A DNA stretch of 39,089 nucleotides from Octopus bimaculoides (GCF_001194135.2 NC_068981.1:145654172-145693260); one strand, 5' to 3'. Numbered from the stretch's first letter, positions 10,780 to 22,245 are shown. The notes: generated by a model from the sequence alone, not told the origin. Program-made: numbers and translations.

Positions 10780-12211
10780 TTCCTACAGCTCTTTTGCGAG
10801 AGACGTCCTACGACACAGATGCCCTTGCCAATTTCGTCCTAGAAATTGAACCAAAGCTTCTTCCGGATCAACGGCATGTTTATACTATTGTGACTGATCA
10901 TGTGCGCCACGGGAAAGGTGGTTTGTTTTTTCTTGATATTCCAGGGGGTACAGGCAAAACCTTTCTAACGAAGCTCATCCTAGCGAAGATCTGGATGCAA
11001 AAGAGCATTGCGGTTGCGGTCGCATCTTCAATTGATGCAATTTTGCTGCTTGGCTGCAGAACTGTACACTATGCCTTTAAGTTGCCCCTCAATTTAACTA
11101 AGTCAGAAACACTTACCTGCAATATAAGCAAGAACTCTGAACAGGGCCAAGTGCTGAAACGCTGTCAGCTTATTGTGTGGGACGAGTGTACTATGGCCCA
11201 CAAGAGAGCCTTCGATGCATTAAACAGAACCCTTCAGGATACCAGGGGTTGCGAAGCCGCCATAGGATGTGTTACGCTTTTGCTTTCAGGTGGCTTTAGG
11301 CAAACTCTTCCGGTTATCCCCAAAGGCACGTGAGCAGATGAGGTTCAAGCATGCCTTAAGTCGTCTCCGCTCTGGCGTCATGTCAGGTCACTGACCCTGA
11401 CAATCAACATGAGGGCTCGATTGTTCGGCGACCAAACGTCGGCTAACTTCGCAAGTAACATTTTGAAACTCGGTGACGGTAAAGTGCCTCTTGACGCTGA
11501 TAGGGAACTGGACGTCCACCCATTCGCAACTCCCGTTTCATCTCTGGCCGAACACACTGATAAAGTGTTTCCCCCCATTTAAAAGATAATTATCTCAATC
11601 ATGAATGGCTGTCTGAAAGAGCAGTCCTGGCTCCGAAAAACGTAACCGTTATAAATGATCAACTGTTGCAGTCACTTTCCGGTGCTCCTTTCGCATACAA
11701 ATCTGTAGATACAATGGTAGATGCGAATGAATCGGTGAATTTTCCAACGGAGTTCCTCNNNNNNNNNNNNNNNNNNNNNNNNNNNNNNNNNNNNNNNNNN
11801 NNNNNNNNNNNNNNNNNNNNNNNCAGCGCAATTTGGAGCCCCCAGACTGTACAACGGAACACGTCTGGCTGTAAACAAATTGATGAAGTATGTTGTCGAG
11901 GCAACCATCCTATCCGGATGCGGAAAAGGTGACGATGTATTCATTCTCAGGATTCCCCTACTCCCTCGGGAGCAGACATACCTTTCGCCTTCAGAAGACT
12001 GCAATTCCTACTCCGGCCCAGCTTCGCCATGTCTGTCAACAAGTCCCAGGGCCAGACTCTTTCTGTGGCCGGACTTCTCTTGGAAGATCCTTGCTTTTCC
12101 CACGGCCAGCTGTACGTTGCATGCTCCAGAGTTGACAGTAGAGACAGACTGTTCGCATTAACACGTCGGGGGAAGACAAGAAACAAAGTGCTACGAATTT
12201 GCCAAGGCTGA
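10780..12211 (+). pseudogene. Helitron PIF1-family (SF1B) helicase pseudogene
   Basis: Motifs: Walker A PGGTGKT, Walker B IVWDE, GGFRQTLPVI, WLSERAVLAPKN, NFPTEFL, RNLEPP..NGTRL, FAMSVNKSQGQTL and FSHGQLYVACSRV. Lesions: TGA at 11331 (probably CGA->TGA), frameshifts near 11575, 11840 and 11970, and a 65-N gap. Confidence 0.95.
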
Positions 12212-12910
12212 AGTGGGTACGTTATCGCCATGCATGCATATAACGGGGCATGCTCAAATATTTTTACTATTTTTTCCCATATCAGACGGAAGCATCAGAA
12301 AAGAGCGCCTGCCTCTTGACATTCTGTGGGTTTATGGAAGGCGTTCGTGTGGTGCTCCTACAATGGCAAAAAGGTGGCGATTCGTTGCAGTTGCACGATA
12401 ATAATACGAACAAACAATGTTGTCAAACAGCTGATACAAACGGACCAGCGGAAAGGCAGGCTTGGTATCGCATATTTGAGGACATTTCTGCTGCCTTCTA
12501 TATGGTCGATTATCTCAAGTATGTTTATTCATAACATTAAAGTGACCAATTCAACGGAAAGGATACCAATTTACAAAACGCATGGCAGCTACGTGTAGCA
12601 AGAACCTCTTGAGAGCGACATTCCTACTGTTGACCATTAACCTCCTTCAACTGGGAGCAATCTATTGCTCAAACGATTCTCTCTTAGGAAACGCTGAATT
12701 TGTTCAACTCGTTCTCTTCCTATACGTTTATCTGTGTGCTTCATTCTATGGCTTCATTCGCAAGTGTATGGTTCTAACCTGCGCGGGGATGAGAAGTAAG
12801 GTGTTGAAATCAGAAGAGCATTGCACAAACGCGGTAGCTGAGGTTGGGCTCAAAGAATTTTCTCAAGTGTAAGGCTTCATCTTTCCGCAGTTGAATGGTA
12901 ATTTATTAAG

Positions 12911-12937
12911 ACCCGTGCAACGCCGGGTACTACTGCT

Positions 12938-12939
<2 letters not shown>
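12911..12939 (+). terminator. Helitron 3' rolling-circle termination signal (GC-rich hairpin + CTAG)
   Basis: An 18-nt stem-loop, a 7-nt spacer, then CTAG|T. This is the canonical Helitron 3' architecture. Confidence 0.8.
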
Positions 12940-13007
<68 letters not shown>

Positions 13008-13239
13008 CACAGGGGGACCNNNNNNNNNNNNNNNNNNNNNNNNNNNNNNNNNNNNNNNNNNNNNNNNNNNNNNNNNNNNNNNNNNNNNNNNNNNNNNNNN
13101 NNNNNNNNNNNNNNNNNNNNNNNNNNNNNNNNNNNNNNNNNNNNNNNNNNNNNNNNNNNNNNNNNNNNNNNNNNNNNNNNNNNNNNNNNNNNNNNNNNNN
13201 NNNNNNNNNNNNNNNNNNNNNNNNNNNNNNNNNNNNNNN

Positions 13240-13310
<71 letters not shown>

Positions 13311-13460
13311 TTTTCCGCCTACCAAATCCACTCACAAGACTTTGGTCAGCTCGGGACTACATCAGAAAAAACTTGTCTAATGTGTCACGCGGTGGGACTG
13401 AACTCAAGACCACATAGTTGGAAGGCAAGCTTCTCAACCACACAGCTACGCCTGGACACT
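13311..13460 (-). mobile_element. 5' part of the CORE-like SINE family (as at 2917-3385)
   Basis: ccaaatccactcacaagactttggtc..gcggtgggactgaactc..aaccacacagctac. The left side is lost in microsatellite and gap. Confidence 0.8.
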
Positions 13461-14077
13461 TCCTCAAAATTTTTCTGTACATAGTATCACAAAAATACCA
13501 AAATCCTTTTAAGTACCCCCGTTTTGTTGTCTTATTAAAAAATTTAACCAGATCAATGTAAAAGTTTTCTAGATTGAAACCACACATATCTCTTAATCAA
13601 AATTTGAAGCAAAAGAAGCAATATTATGTACTAGATGATGACGCAAAATAATTTGTTACGGATTACATACATCGGAAAGAGTTGAAAAAAAAGCCCCGAA
13701 TCAATGATTGTGGAACACTTCCGACGGCACTCCACAATCGGAACAGCGGAAGACGTTAAAATATTGTAAATACAAAAAATTTTGGAATTTTCAACGAGAT
13801 GCGATGCGTGAATATAGCAATGTTGGAAATTCTCATATAATGCGTGAAGCTTGACAAGTCTTGTGTCACACACACACACACGCACACACAAATCTGTGCA
13901 CAAGCTTGTCCGATGAATGGATTACATCTCTTCTACGATTGTAACCTTAATCCATCTCCCGATTTAACACCAGTACTTGGCCCTTGGGTTCCTTTAGCGG
14001 AGTCTAATGTCTTTGTTGTAAGTCCTGAAGATAAACGATGAATCAATGTTTTTTAATACCCACCGTTACCTGTCTCA

Positions 14078-14401
14078 GTGAAGGCACATGGCTCAGTCGC
14101 TAGAACGTCGGACTCACAATCATGAGGTAGTGAGTTCGCTTCTCGGACAGTGTTTTGTGTTGTGTTCTTCAGCAAGACACTTTATTTCACGTTGCTCCAG
14201 TTCACTCAACTGTGGAAATGAGTTGCGACGTCACAGGTACCAAGCTCTATCGGCCTTTGCCTTTCCTTTGGATAACATCAGTGGCGTGGAGAGGTGAAAC
14301 TGGTTTGCATGGGCGACTGTTGGTCTTCCATAACCAACCTTGCCTCGGATAGGAGCTTTCTAGGTGCAATCCAATGGTCATTCATGACCGAGGGGATCTT
14401 T
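14078..14401 (+). mobile_element. Full-length tRNA-derived SINE with 12-bp TSD
   Basis: Head gtgaaggcacatggctcagt..gagttcg, then body agcaagacactttatttcacgttgctccagttcactc. TSD is TTACCTGTCTCA (14066-14077) / TTACTTGTCTCA (14402-14413). Confidence 0.85.
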
Positions 14402-14448
14402 TTACTTGTCTCAGAGACCCATGAAAAGAATTCATAGGCGCTACCTTT

Positions 14449-14579
14449 CAGTGGCGTAGTTAGAGTGTGTGCTAAACAACTTATACAACAGACACGAAAG
14501 AGACACTAAACAGCTTATACAACAGACACGAAATGTGTCGCTAAGGAAGACATGTCCTCACACTAGAGCTACGCTATTG
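14449..14579. mobile_element. 131-bp hAT-type MITE
   Basis: TIR CAGTGGCGTAGTTAGAGTGTG pairs with CACACTAGAGCTACGCTATTG. The 8-bp TSD is CTACCTTT/CTACTTTT. There is an internal duplication of ctaaaca(a/g)cttatacaacagacacgaaa. Confidence 0.75.
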
Positions 14580-15373
14580 CTACTTTTTCTCGTCTGATTT
14601 AGCCGTAAGAAAAAATGCATTTAGAGCTTTCGAAAGAAATTTGCCCTGGTGAAACAAAGGAACACAACTATTTTCGGATCGGGTGATGGTAGGGTCTTCT
14701 CAAAATTCAAGAGTACCAGTCTTTTTTCTTTAGGAAGTGGTCCTGCAAATACAGACTTTTATTTAGTGCTCCTAGCCCCGGACCAATACACTGCCTAAAC
14801 TCATCTTTCATAAGCTCTGGGCAAAAGGACGATGCATTAGGAGTTGTAGTTGTTTAACCCCAGGTCACTCCTAATCAAGATGGTGACCTATAATCAAAGA
14901 AATTCCAGTCGTGACCATACCACTTTTTTAAGTACATCGAGCAATATATCATAAAATGTCATTCTCTATTTATGGTGGTTGGTATGATTTGATAGGAGAT
15001 GTAGGGGCAAGCTGATATTTTTAGCAGATCGAAAGATCGTTTTGAACCACCTTCGTTTGCACTATTTAATTGCAGTTAAGGTTAGTAATTCTCAAACTGA
15101 CAAATATTAAGCCCCTACAAGTGTGTGTGTGTGTGTGTGTGTGTGCGCGTGTATGGACGTGTATATGTGCGTGTATGAATGTGTGTATGTGTGCACATGA
15201 GCATGTGTGTGCGCGCACGCGTCTATTTGTGAAATTTTGGGTGTCTTCCTGCTGTTTATTAACCAGTAAACAAAAGGGAGTTTGCATCCGTATAACTCCT
15301 CTTTCTTTTCCATAGTGCAGGACGAACTCAAAATGAGGTTAAAGCCTTCTTAACTTTATTACATATGTTTATC

Positions 15374-16363
15374 NNNNNNNNNNNNNNNNNNNNNNNNNNN
15401 NNNNNNNNNNNNNNNNNNNNNNNNNNNNNNNNNNNNNNNNNNNNNNNNNNNNNNNNNNNNNNNNNNNNNNNNNNNNNNNNNNNNNNNNNNNNNNNNNNNN
15501 NNNNNNNNNNNNNNNNNNNNNNNNNNNNNNNNNNNNNNNNNNNNNNNNNNNNNNNNNNNNNNNNNNNNNNNNNNNNNNNNNNNNNNNNNNNNNNNNNNNN
15601 NNNNNNNNNNNNNNNNNNNNNNNNNNNNNNNNNNNNNNNNNNNNNNNNNNNNNNNNNNNNNNNNNNNNNNNNNNNNNNNNNNNNNNNNNNNNNNNNNNNN
15701 NNNNNNNNNNNNNNNNNNNNNNNNNNNNNNNNNNNNNNNNNNNNNNNNNNNNNNNNNNNNNNNNNNNNNNNNNNNNNNNNNNNNNNNNNNNNNNNNNNNN
15801 NNNNNNNNNNNNNNNNNNNNNNNNNNNNNNNNNNNNNNNNNNNNNNNNNNNNNNNNNNNNNNNNNNNNNNNNNNNNNNNNNNNNNNNNNNNNNNNNNNNN
15901 NNNNNNNNNNNNNNNNNNNNNNNNNNNNNNNNNNNNNNNNNNNNNNNNNNNNNNNNNNNNNNNNNNNNNNNNNNNNNNNNNNNNNNNNNNNNNNNNNNNN
16001 NNNNNNNNNNNNNNNNNNNNNNNNNNNNNNNNNNNNNNNNNNNNNNNNNNNNNNNNNNNNNNNNNNNNNNNNNNNNNNNNNNNNNNNNNNNNNNNNNNNN
16101 NNNNNNNNNNNNNNNNNNNNNNNNNNNNNNNNNNNNNNNNNNNNNNNNNNNNNNNNNNNNNNNNNNNNNNNNNNNNNNNNNNNNNNNNNNNNNNNNNNNN
16201 NNNNNNNNNNNNNNNNNNNNNNNNNNNNNNNNNNNNNNNNNNNNNNNNNNNNNNNNNNNNNNNNNNNNNNNNNNNNNNNNNNNNNNNNNNNNNNNNNNNN
16301 NNNNNNNNNNNNNNNNNNNNNNNNNNNNNNNNNNNNNNNNNNNNNNNNNNNNNNNNNNNNNNN
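15374..16363. other. Assembly gap (others at 4384-4393, 11759-11823, 13020-13239, 24002-24101, 32678-33574)
   Basis: N runs, several flanked by (TA)n or other simple repeats. Confidence 1.
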
Positions 16364-16495
16364 GCTATGAATGTGGCCTGGGTGCCAAGGGGGCGATAGC
16401 CTGAAAAAGTTTGGGAACCACTGGTCTAGATCAGTGACTCTCAACCGAGGTTCATATGACCCCCGGGATGGAGGGGGATCCATATAAGATTTTGG
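16364..16495. mobile_element. Two hAT-Charlie-type MITE termini back to back, separated by GTCTAGAT
   Basis: AAAGTTTGGGAACCACTG ends at 16423 and CAGTGACTCTCAACC starts at 16432. The spacer fits the NTCTAGAN target consensus. Confidence 0.75.
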
Positions 16496-16629
16496 TGTGC
16501 TCCAAGCATGCAAAATAGTAAATTGGGGACCTACAGTAGTAGATGGGGTCTTTTTAGATGACAAACGCTTTTCTACGACAGTAGTACTATTGCAGTTTGT
16601 GGCACTGACTGAGCATTTCTATAGAGGCA

Positions 16630-16770
16630 AGAATGACTGTGCATTTAAGAGGTTTTCTTTCGTAACAACATGGTTTCAAGTTCGATCTCACGGCGTAGCA
16701 CCTCGTGCAAGTTTCTTCTAACATAGCCTCAAGCTTACCAATGTAGTGTAAATAAAATCTGCTAGACAGA
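16630..16770 (+). mobile_element. Decayed 5' fragment of the CORE-like SINE family
   Basis: aacatggtttcaagttcgatctcacggcgtagcacctcgtgcaagtttcttct aligns with the family head. Confidence 0.65.
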
Positions 16771-16865
16771 AACAAAAAAGGACCTTGAAACTTCTGACTG
16801 ATAAACACGCACACGCACACGCACGCGCGCGCACACATTTATATCGTCAATCTTTTAGTCTACAG

Positions 16866-17205
16866 CAGTGGTTCTCAACCATTTTTTTTACTTATGGACC
16901 CCTTTCCTTTCATTACTATTTTACTCTGGTGGATCCCCGTAGCCATTCGATGTTTAAAAAAATAACTAGTTTTATAAATACTTCTTTCAAAATTCCCATT
17001 TTGTTTTTCACACATTAACTTGTGTAGGTTAACCTATATAAAATGTTAGAGAAACCAAGTTGTTTCTTGCAATAAATACATCTAAAGCAAAGCTTTTTCA
17101 TGGACCCTTAATATGCCACTGTATATTTGCTATTTTGTTTGCATGAACCCCGAAAATCTTATATAGACCCCCAAAGGCCATGTGAACTTCAGTTGAGAAC
17201 CACTG
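16866..17205. mobile_element. 340-bp hAT-Charlie-type MITE
   Basis: Perfect 14-bp TIR CAGTGGTTCTCAAC/GTTGAGAACCACTG. The 8-bp TSD is GTCTACAG/CTCTACAG. Confidence 0.9.
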
Positions 17206-17709
17206 CTCTACAGCATATCTCTTACTAGAGATGACTTATTATATGCAACAGTAACCCAAAGTATCTAAATGACATTAGTGAAAAAAGATCACTATCTTGA
17301 AATAAGGTTGCAAATAAAAAAGAAATCATGAGTATATTGACATTTTTTTATAGTTTCATATTTTCCTTTTCTGTGAGATTTTCCTGGATATTTTTTTTCT
17401 CGATTATAAACAGCGCCGTCCAGTTAGAAATCCTCAGTACAAATTGATGACTGAACTTATTAATCCCACTTAAACCTACTTGATGCACCTACTTTTCTTC
17501 TTCAAGCCATCCCAAACAAGTTCTGATTTTCCGGGCTCCATTCTTTTAAAGCCTATCCTACTTCCACATCTTCATACATTTACAACAATTCAAAATTAAC
17601 TTTAGTCGGATTAATTTCACAGAGTTCTCTTCATTTATAACTCACCAATCTAGAAGGAAGTAAAAAAAAAATGCTTAAGCGCATATTTATTCTTCAATGT
17701 AATTGCTAA

Positions 17710-18317
17710 TAATTGTTCCTAATTTAGGCATTAGGGCAGCAGTTTTGAGCAGTGGGGACTTGTCAACACCCCAATATTTGATTATTAATTTATTTTATAG
17801 ATCCCAAAAGAATGAAAGGCAAAGCTAACTTCGGCTGGATTTGAAGTTTGAAAGTAAAGGGCCGGAACAAATACCGCAAGACAAATTTTTTTTCTATGCT
17901 CTAATCAGTCTCCTTGGTCACTGCCTTATGAAGTAACCTCTTGTAATTATTTCCAGTTTTGGCGCAGGGCCAATAATTTTGAGTGAGGTGGTAAGTCAAC
18001 ATCATCGACCCCAGTAGTTGACTGATATTTTATTGACATTCGAAAGGATGAAAGGCAAAGTTAACCTTGGCGGATGAAAGGCAAAGTTAACCTGACAAAA
18101 TAATCTCTTTTGAGATATTGGTTTCAAATTTTGGCACAAGGCCAGCAATTTCGTGGTGGTTGAGGGAGGGTAAATCGATTACATAGACCTCAGTACTTAT
18201 TTATCGACGCTAAAAGGATGAAAAGCAAAATCGACTTCGGCTGAATCTGAACTCTGAACGTAAAGACGGAAGAAATGCCACTAAGCATTTTATCCGGCGT
18301 GCTAACGATTCTGCTAG
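17710..18317 (-). mobile_element. Cluster of three tRNA-derived SINE copies in the same orientation
   Basis: The core ggatgaaaggcaaag recurs. The last copy (18120-18317) has a 13-bp TSD CTTTTGAGATATT (18107-18119 / 18318-18330). Confidence 0.85.
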
Positions 18318-19298
18318 CTTTTGAGATATTAAACACAAAAAAAATGAGGGTAGATTTTCCAGCTACGTTATACTCGCCACTTCCTTTTTAATTTCAGTTA
18401 ATTTTCTAAAGGGCAGGATGTCCCTCACCCTCACCTTCAAGTGGCACTTGAAGAAATTGATTAAGGTTTGGTTAGAAGAGGAAAAGCCCTATCCCTCAAA
18501 CTTCTCAGATATATCCACCACATGACTTCTATCGCCATAATCACCTTTTACTAAAGTATTGTCAATGATTAATTAATATTTTGCATTTGTCTCCTTTGCC
18601 GATTTTTTTCAAGGATTAGTTATTTAGACAACAATAATTATTGTTATCACGAAGATTGTAATTTGAATTAAAATTTCTTAGCTTATTGCATTATCTACTT
18701 TAAGTATCTACTTTACTATGAAGTTTCCATACAGCTCGCATTCCTGGTTTATTTTCCTCGGTCATTTGTTTCAGAGATGGCTTTCTTGCAATCCATTTCT
18801 ACATGAAACGAGCCATTTGATTTAATTTTTCCCTATTGAACCGAATAATTTAACCGGGCTCTTAACAAGCGACATATAATGGCCAGCATGCTTTTACTTC
18901 TCCAGAGTTCGATGTCGATATTGATTTCTCACATGGCATTTCTTCAAAGGGGCATGGGTCATCTCGAATTCCAACACCATAACGATAACGTCACCCGTGT
19001 ATGCAGATTCAGCTACTCTCTGCATTAGTCGAAGAAAAACAGGAGGCAACCCATACAACTTTTGAAGAAAAAAGCCTCAAGAACCTAAAGGTACAGAGTA
19101 GCAAATCAGTATAAAGATGCACTTTTGGGTGTCTGCGAATGCGATACGAAACGGTTCCAATAGATGGTCGTTAACTTAGACAACCGGGAAGATATCATAA
19201 TTCAATCGACTGAAATCGACTATGGCTATGACATTCGCAGGGTAGCAATGGCTGACTCTGTTGGACACTTTACATTGCTCTGAAATAGTGGCCTTTAA

Positions 19299-19596
19299 CC
19301 TAGGTGGTAACCAGTTTGAAGGCCCTGTGAACTTAGAAAAAGGCTGGTAAATGTCAAGATGGACGTTGGGCGTTTAGATGGGTCGTAAGTTTTCTTAGAA
19401 AAAAAATATTTAGACCAGGCACAATACTTATATTTTAAACGTTTTTTCAAAATCTCTTTGTTAGGATTAAAGTATGAGTTCGGACATTGCATAATCAGTA
19501 GACAGAAGCCATAACTAACAATGCACCAAGGTCCAGTGTAATTCTTTATATAAGTGTTAATATCTTTTTAGTATTTCGATAAAAATTGCCACAGGG
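19299..19596. mobile_element. Possible piggyBac-type MITE
   Basis: TTAA at 19295-19298 and 19597-19600 flanks weakly matching ends CCTAGGTGGTAA / TTGCCACAGGG. Confidence 0.4.
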
Positions 19597-20400
19597 TTAA
19601 TTAGCTCATGCAAATATCTCTTAAGAAGAGACACACTACAGAATGGGATAGCCTAAGGAAGAATGGATACTGTTTGATTAGAAAAAAGCAAAAGGAGCGT
19701 TTGAAAAACACCATTCAGTAATAGGCGGCACGTAGCAACAAGAAACAGAGTCAGTGATCTTTACTGATATGCAACCTATCACTGTTAAATTGTTAAATAA
19801 GACCCACCCCTATCTTTGATGTAATGTGTGATACAGAGTTTGACTTGAATGGATTTTGCCTCAATCGCACAAGTTTGTACGAAAACGATGGCACTATTAA
19901 AGACAAACAATAAATTCTTTGTTACCTCTTAGCAGCTGTTTAGCTTCGGGTCAGGCTGAAACATAATACATACGATCAATGGTATTTTAGCTGTGACAGC
20001 TCATTTTACATACATACATACATGCATGCATACACACACACACACACACACGCATATATATATACAATATGTACTGATGTACACACACCTAGATAGATAG
20101 ATGAGGAGAGAGAGAGAGAATGTGTGTATGTGTGTAGAATTCACACTCCTTCTTTGCATTAACATAATGGAGTCCTAGATACACTTTCAAGAAAGGACAA
20201 TGTGGTCACAGCTAGAATCCATTTGACCAGCCTTTTTTCTTCTATTTGAATACGACAGGGTGTGCCTTGAAGGAGGCTCGTTGCTATTTCTAGCAGATCG
20301 TGTAATCATGGTCACACGATCTGCCCATACTAATTCTTATATAACCCAGGGCTGTTTATAAGCAAGTTTTTCTTCATAGAACTAGTGTGAAATAAGCATA

Positions 20401-20650
20401 ATTTATTTCTTTAATGCCCACAGGGAGCTAAACATAAAGGGGACAAACAAAGACAGACAGACAGACAGACAAAGGGATTAAGACGATTACATCGACTCTA
20501 GTGAGTAACTGGTACTTATTTAATTGACTTCGAAAGGGATGAAAGACAAAGTCGACCTCGGCGGAATTTGAACTCAGAACGTAACGGCAGACAAAATACC
20601 GCTAGGCAGTTCGCCCGCGTGCTAACGACTCTGCCAGCTCGCCGACCTGT
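20401..20650 (-). mobile_element. Full-length tRNA-derived SINE with 10-bp TSD
   Basis: Same head, core and tail as 6249-6480. TSD AATAAGCATA at 20391-20400 and 20651-20660. Confidence 0.9.
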
Positions 20651-20929
20651 AATAAGCATATATTATAAAACTTATAGATATTCAGTAACATACAAATATA
20701 ACGCGCATGTATGGGAGTGGTATGCTGTCGGGATACGCAACGTAAGCATAATAGTCCTATACTATTCAAAATAAGTCTGGCGCAAATTCTCGAGCATTTC
20801 AACCTGAATGCTTATAGTAGGTGTAACGCTATTAAGCTTTTGTCCAGCCGTTGTTATCAGCTATTCCTTGTTTTCGAGTAATTTCATTTCCTTCTTATTT
20901 GCTACACTGTTATTTCTAATAATCAAAAA

Positions 20930-21265
20930 CTACCAATCCTTGCATTAAATATGCGACCGCACAAGCTGCACTTGTCATTGGATTCGGCAGGTTTTCCGTC
21001 TTTGCCGTTAGTAATTTTCGTTTTTGAGTTGCTTTTGTTCAATTGGTTCTGCTGCAAGTTTGTGATGTTCAAATCTGGAAAAGTCAACCCTGGAACAGAT
21101 TATGCGAGTTTTCTGGATGTCGATTTTCGGAATTGTTATACGACTGTTGTATATGAGTTGACGAAACACTGTCATCTGCTTACGGTACTTCTGTGATTCG
21201 TGTGACATTGGACAGTTTTTATGGGTGAAGTTTAGTCCTCCAGCAAAGCGATATCTGATCTCCAT
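20930..21265 (-). pseudogene. Probable decayed 3' coding end of an RTE-clade LINE
   Basis: Mixed frames give RYRFAG, RFEHHKLAAEPIEQKQLK and CSLCGRIFNARIG. These resemble the RTE C-terminus (RxRWAG..., CxxCGRxxxSRIG). Confidence 0.45.
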
Positions 21266-21423
21266 TCCCGTTCAGCTCAAAAGCCTATGAAATCTTGAGT
21301 CAATAAAAGTTGAACGAATTCGTTCAGTATCGTTACAGAGTGAAAAATGGGTATGTGTCTGCTATATTTCGTGTGTGCTTGCTTCTAATAGTTGAACTAG
21401 TTTCTTTAATTTCATGTGAGTAT

Positions 21424-21809
21424 TGTTGTTGGCACTCCGTCGCTTACGACGTCGAGGGTTCCAGTTGATCCGATCAACGGAACAGCCTGCTCGTGAAATT
21501 AACGTGCAAGTGGCTGAACACTCCACAGACACGTGTACCCTTAACGTAGTTCTCGGGAATATTCAGCGTGACACAGTGTGCCAAGGCTGGCCCTTTGAAT
21601 TACAGGCACAACAGAAACAGGAAGTAAGAGTGAGAGAAAGTTGTGGTGAAAGAGTACAGCAGGGTTCGCCACCATCCCCTGCCGGAGCCTCGTGGAGCTT
21701 TAGGTGTTTTCCCTCAATAAACACTCACAACGCCCGGTCTGGGAATCGAAACCGCGATTCTATGACCGCGAGTCCGCCGCCCTAACCACTGGGCCATTGC
21801 GCCTCCACT
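21424..21809 (-). mobile_element. Young full-length tRNA-derived SINE with (CAA)n tail and 10-bp TSD
   Basis: Head gtggaggcgcaatggcccagtggttagggc..ggtttcgattccc has intact A- and B-boxes, and CpGs are retained. TSD ATGTGAGTAT at 21414-21423 and 21810-21819. Confidence 0.95.
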
Positions 21810-21879
21810 ATGTGAGTATATAAAATAGAAAATGACACATACCTATGTGAACGTGCGCGCGATGTGTGTGTATGTTTAT

Positions 21880-22245
21880 TTTTTACTTGTTTCAATCATT
21901 GGGCTACGGCCATGCTACAGCACCGCATTGAAGATTTAGTCCAGGGTCTCTCAACCAAGGGACTCTCAACCATTTTTTTTTTCCTATGAACCCCTTTGAT
22001 TGCTGTCTTACACTGGTAGACACCCCCCCCCCAGAGCTATTCGATGTTCAAAACTAGTTTCATAATTCTTCTTTCAAACGCACGCACATACATACATACA
22101 TACATACATACACACATACATGTGTGTGTGTGTGCTTATGTCTTTACTTGTTTCAGTCATTGGGCAACGGCCATGCAAGAGCACCGCATTGGTTTAGTCC
22201 AGGGACTCTCAACCATTTGTTTTTGCCTATGGACCCCTTTGTGTA
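21880..22245. repeat. Tandem duplication of a SINE-tail/hAT-MITE-end junction
   Basis: tttacttgtttca(a/g)tcattgggc..ggccatgc..agcaccgcattg..tttagtccaggg(t/a)ctctcaacc occurs at about 21882 and about 22143. Confidence 0.8.

Larger units (their letters stand above)
10472..12939 (+). mobile_element. Internally deleted Helitron (rolling-circle transposon)
   Basis: It carries a PIF1 helicase remnant. The 3' end has hairpin ACCCG-TGCAACGC-CGGGT (12911-12928), then CTAG (12936-12939) followed by T. The candidate 5' end is A|TCTACTATAATAAT at 10472, which is less certain. No Rep/HUH domain is visible. Confidence 0.8.

Noticed and set aside
10638-11333. Functional host PIF1 helicase gene
   Set aside because: It is intronless, has a premature stop and several frameshifts, its N-terminus is microsatellite, and it lies within Helitron termini.
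17300-19100. Decayed retroelement ORF on the minus strand
   Set aside because: The composition looks coding-like, but there are many stops and no motif I can identify with confidence.
21735-21809. tRNA gene (also the heads at 5143, 6400-6480, 14078, 20570-20650)
   Set aside because: A/B boxes are present, but each head continues into a SINE body and tail, often with a TSD. No complete cloverleaf is evident.
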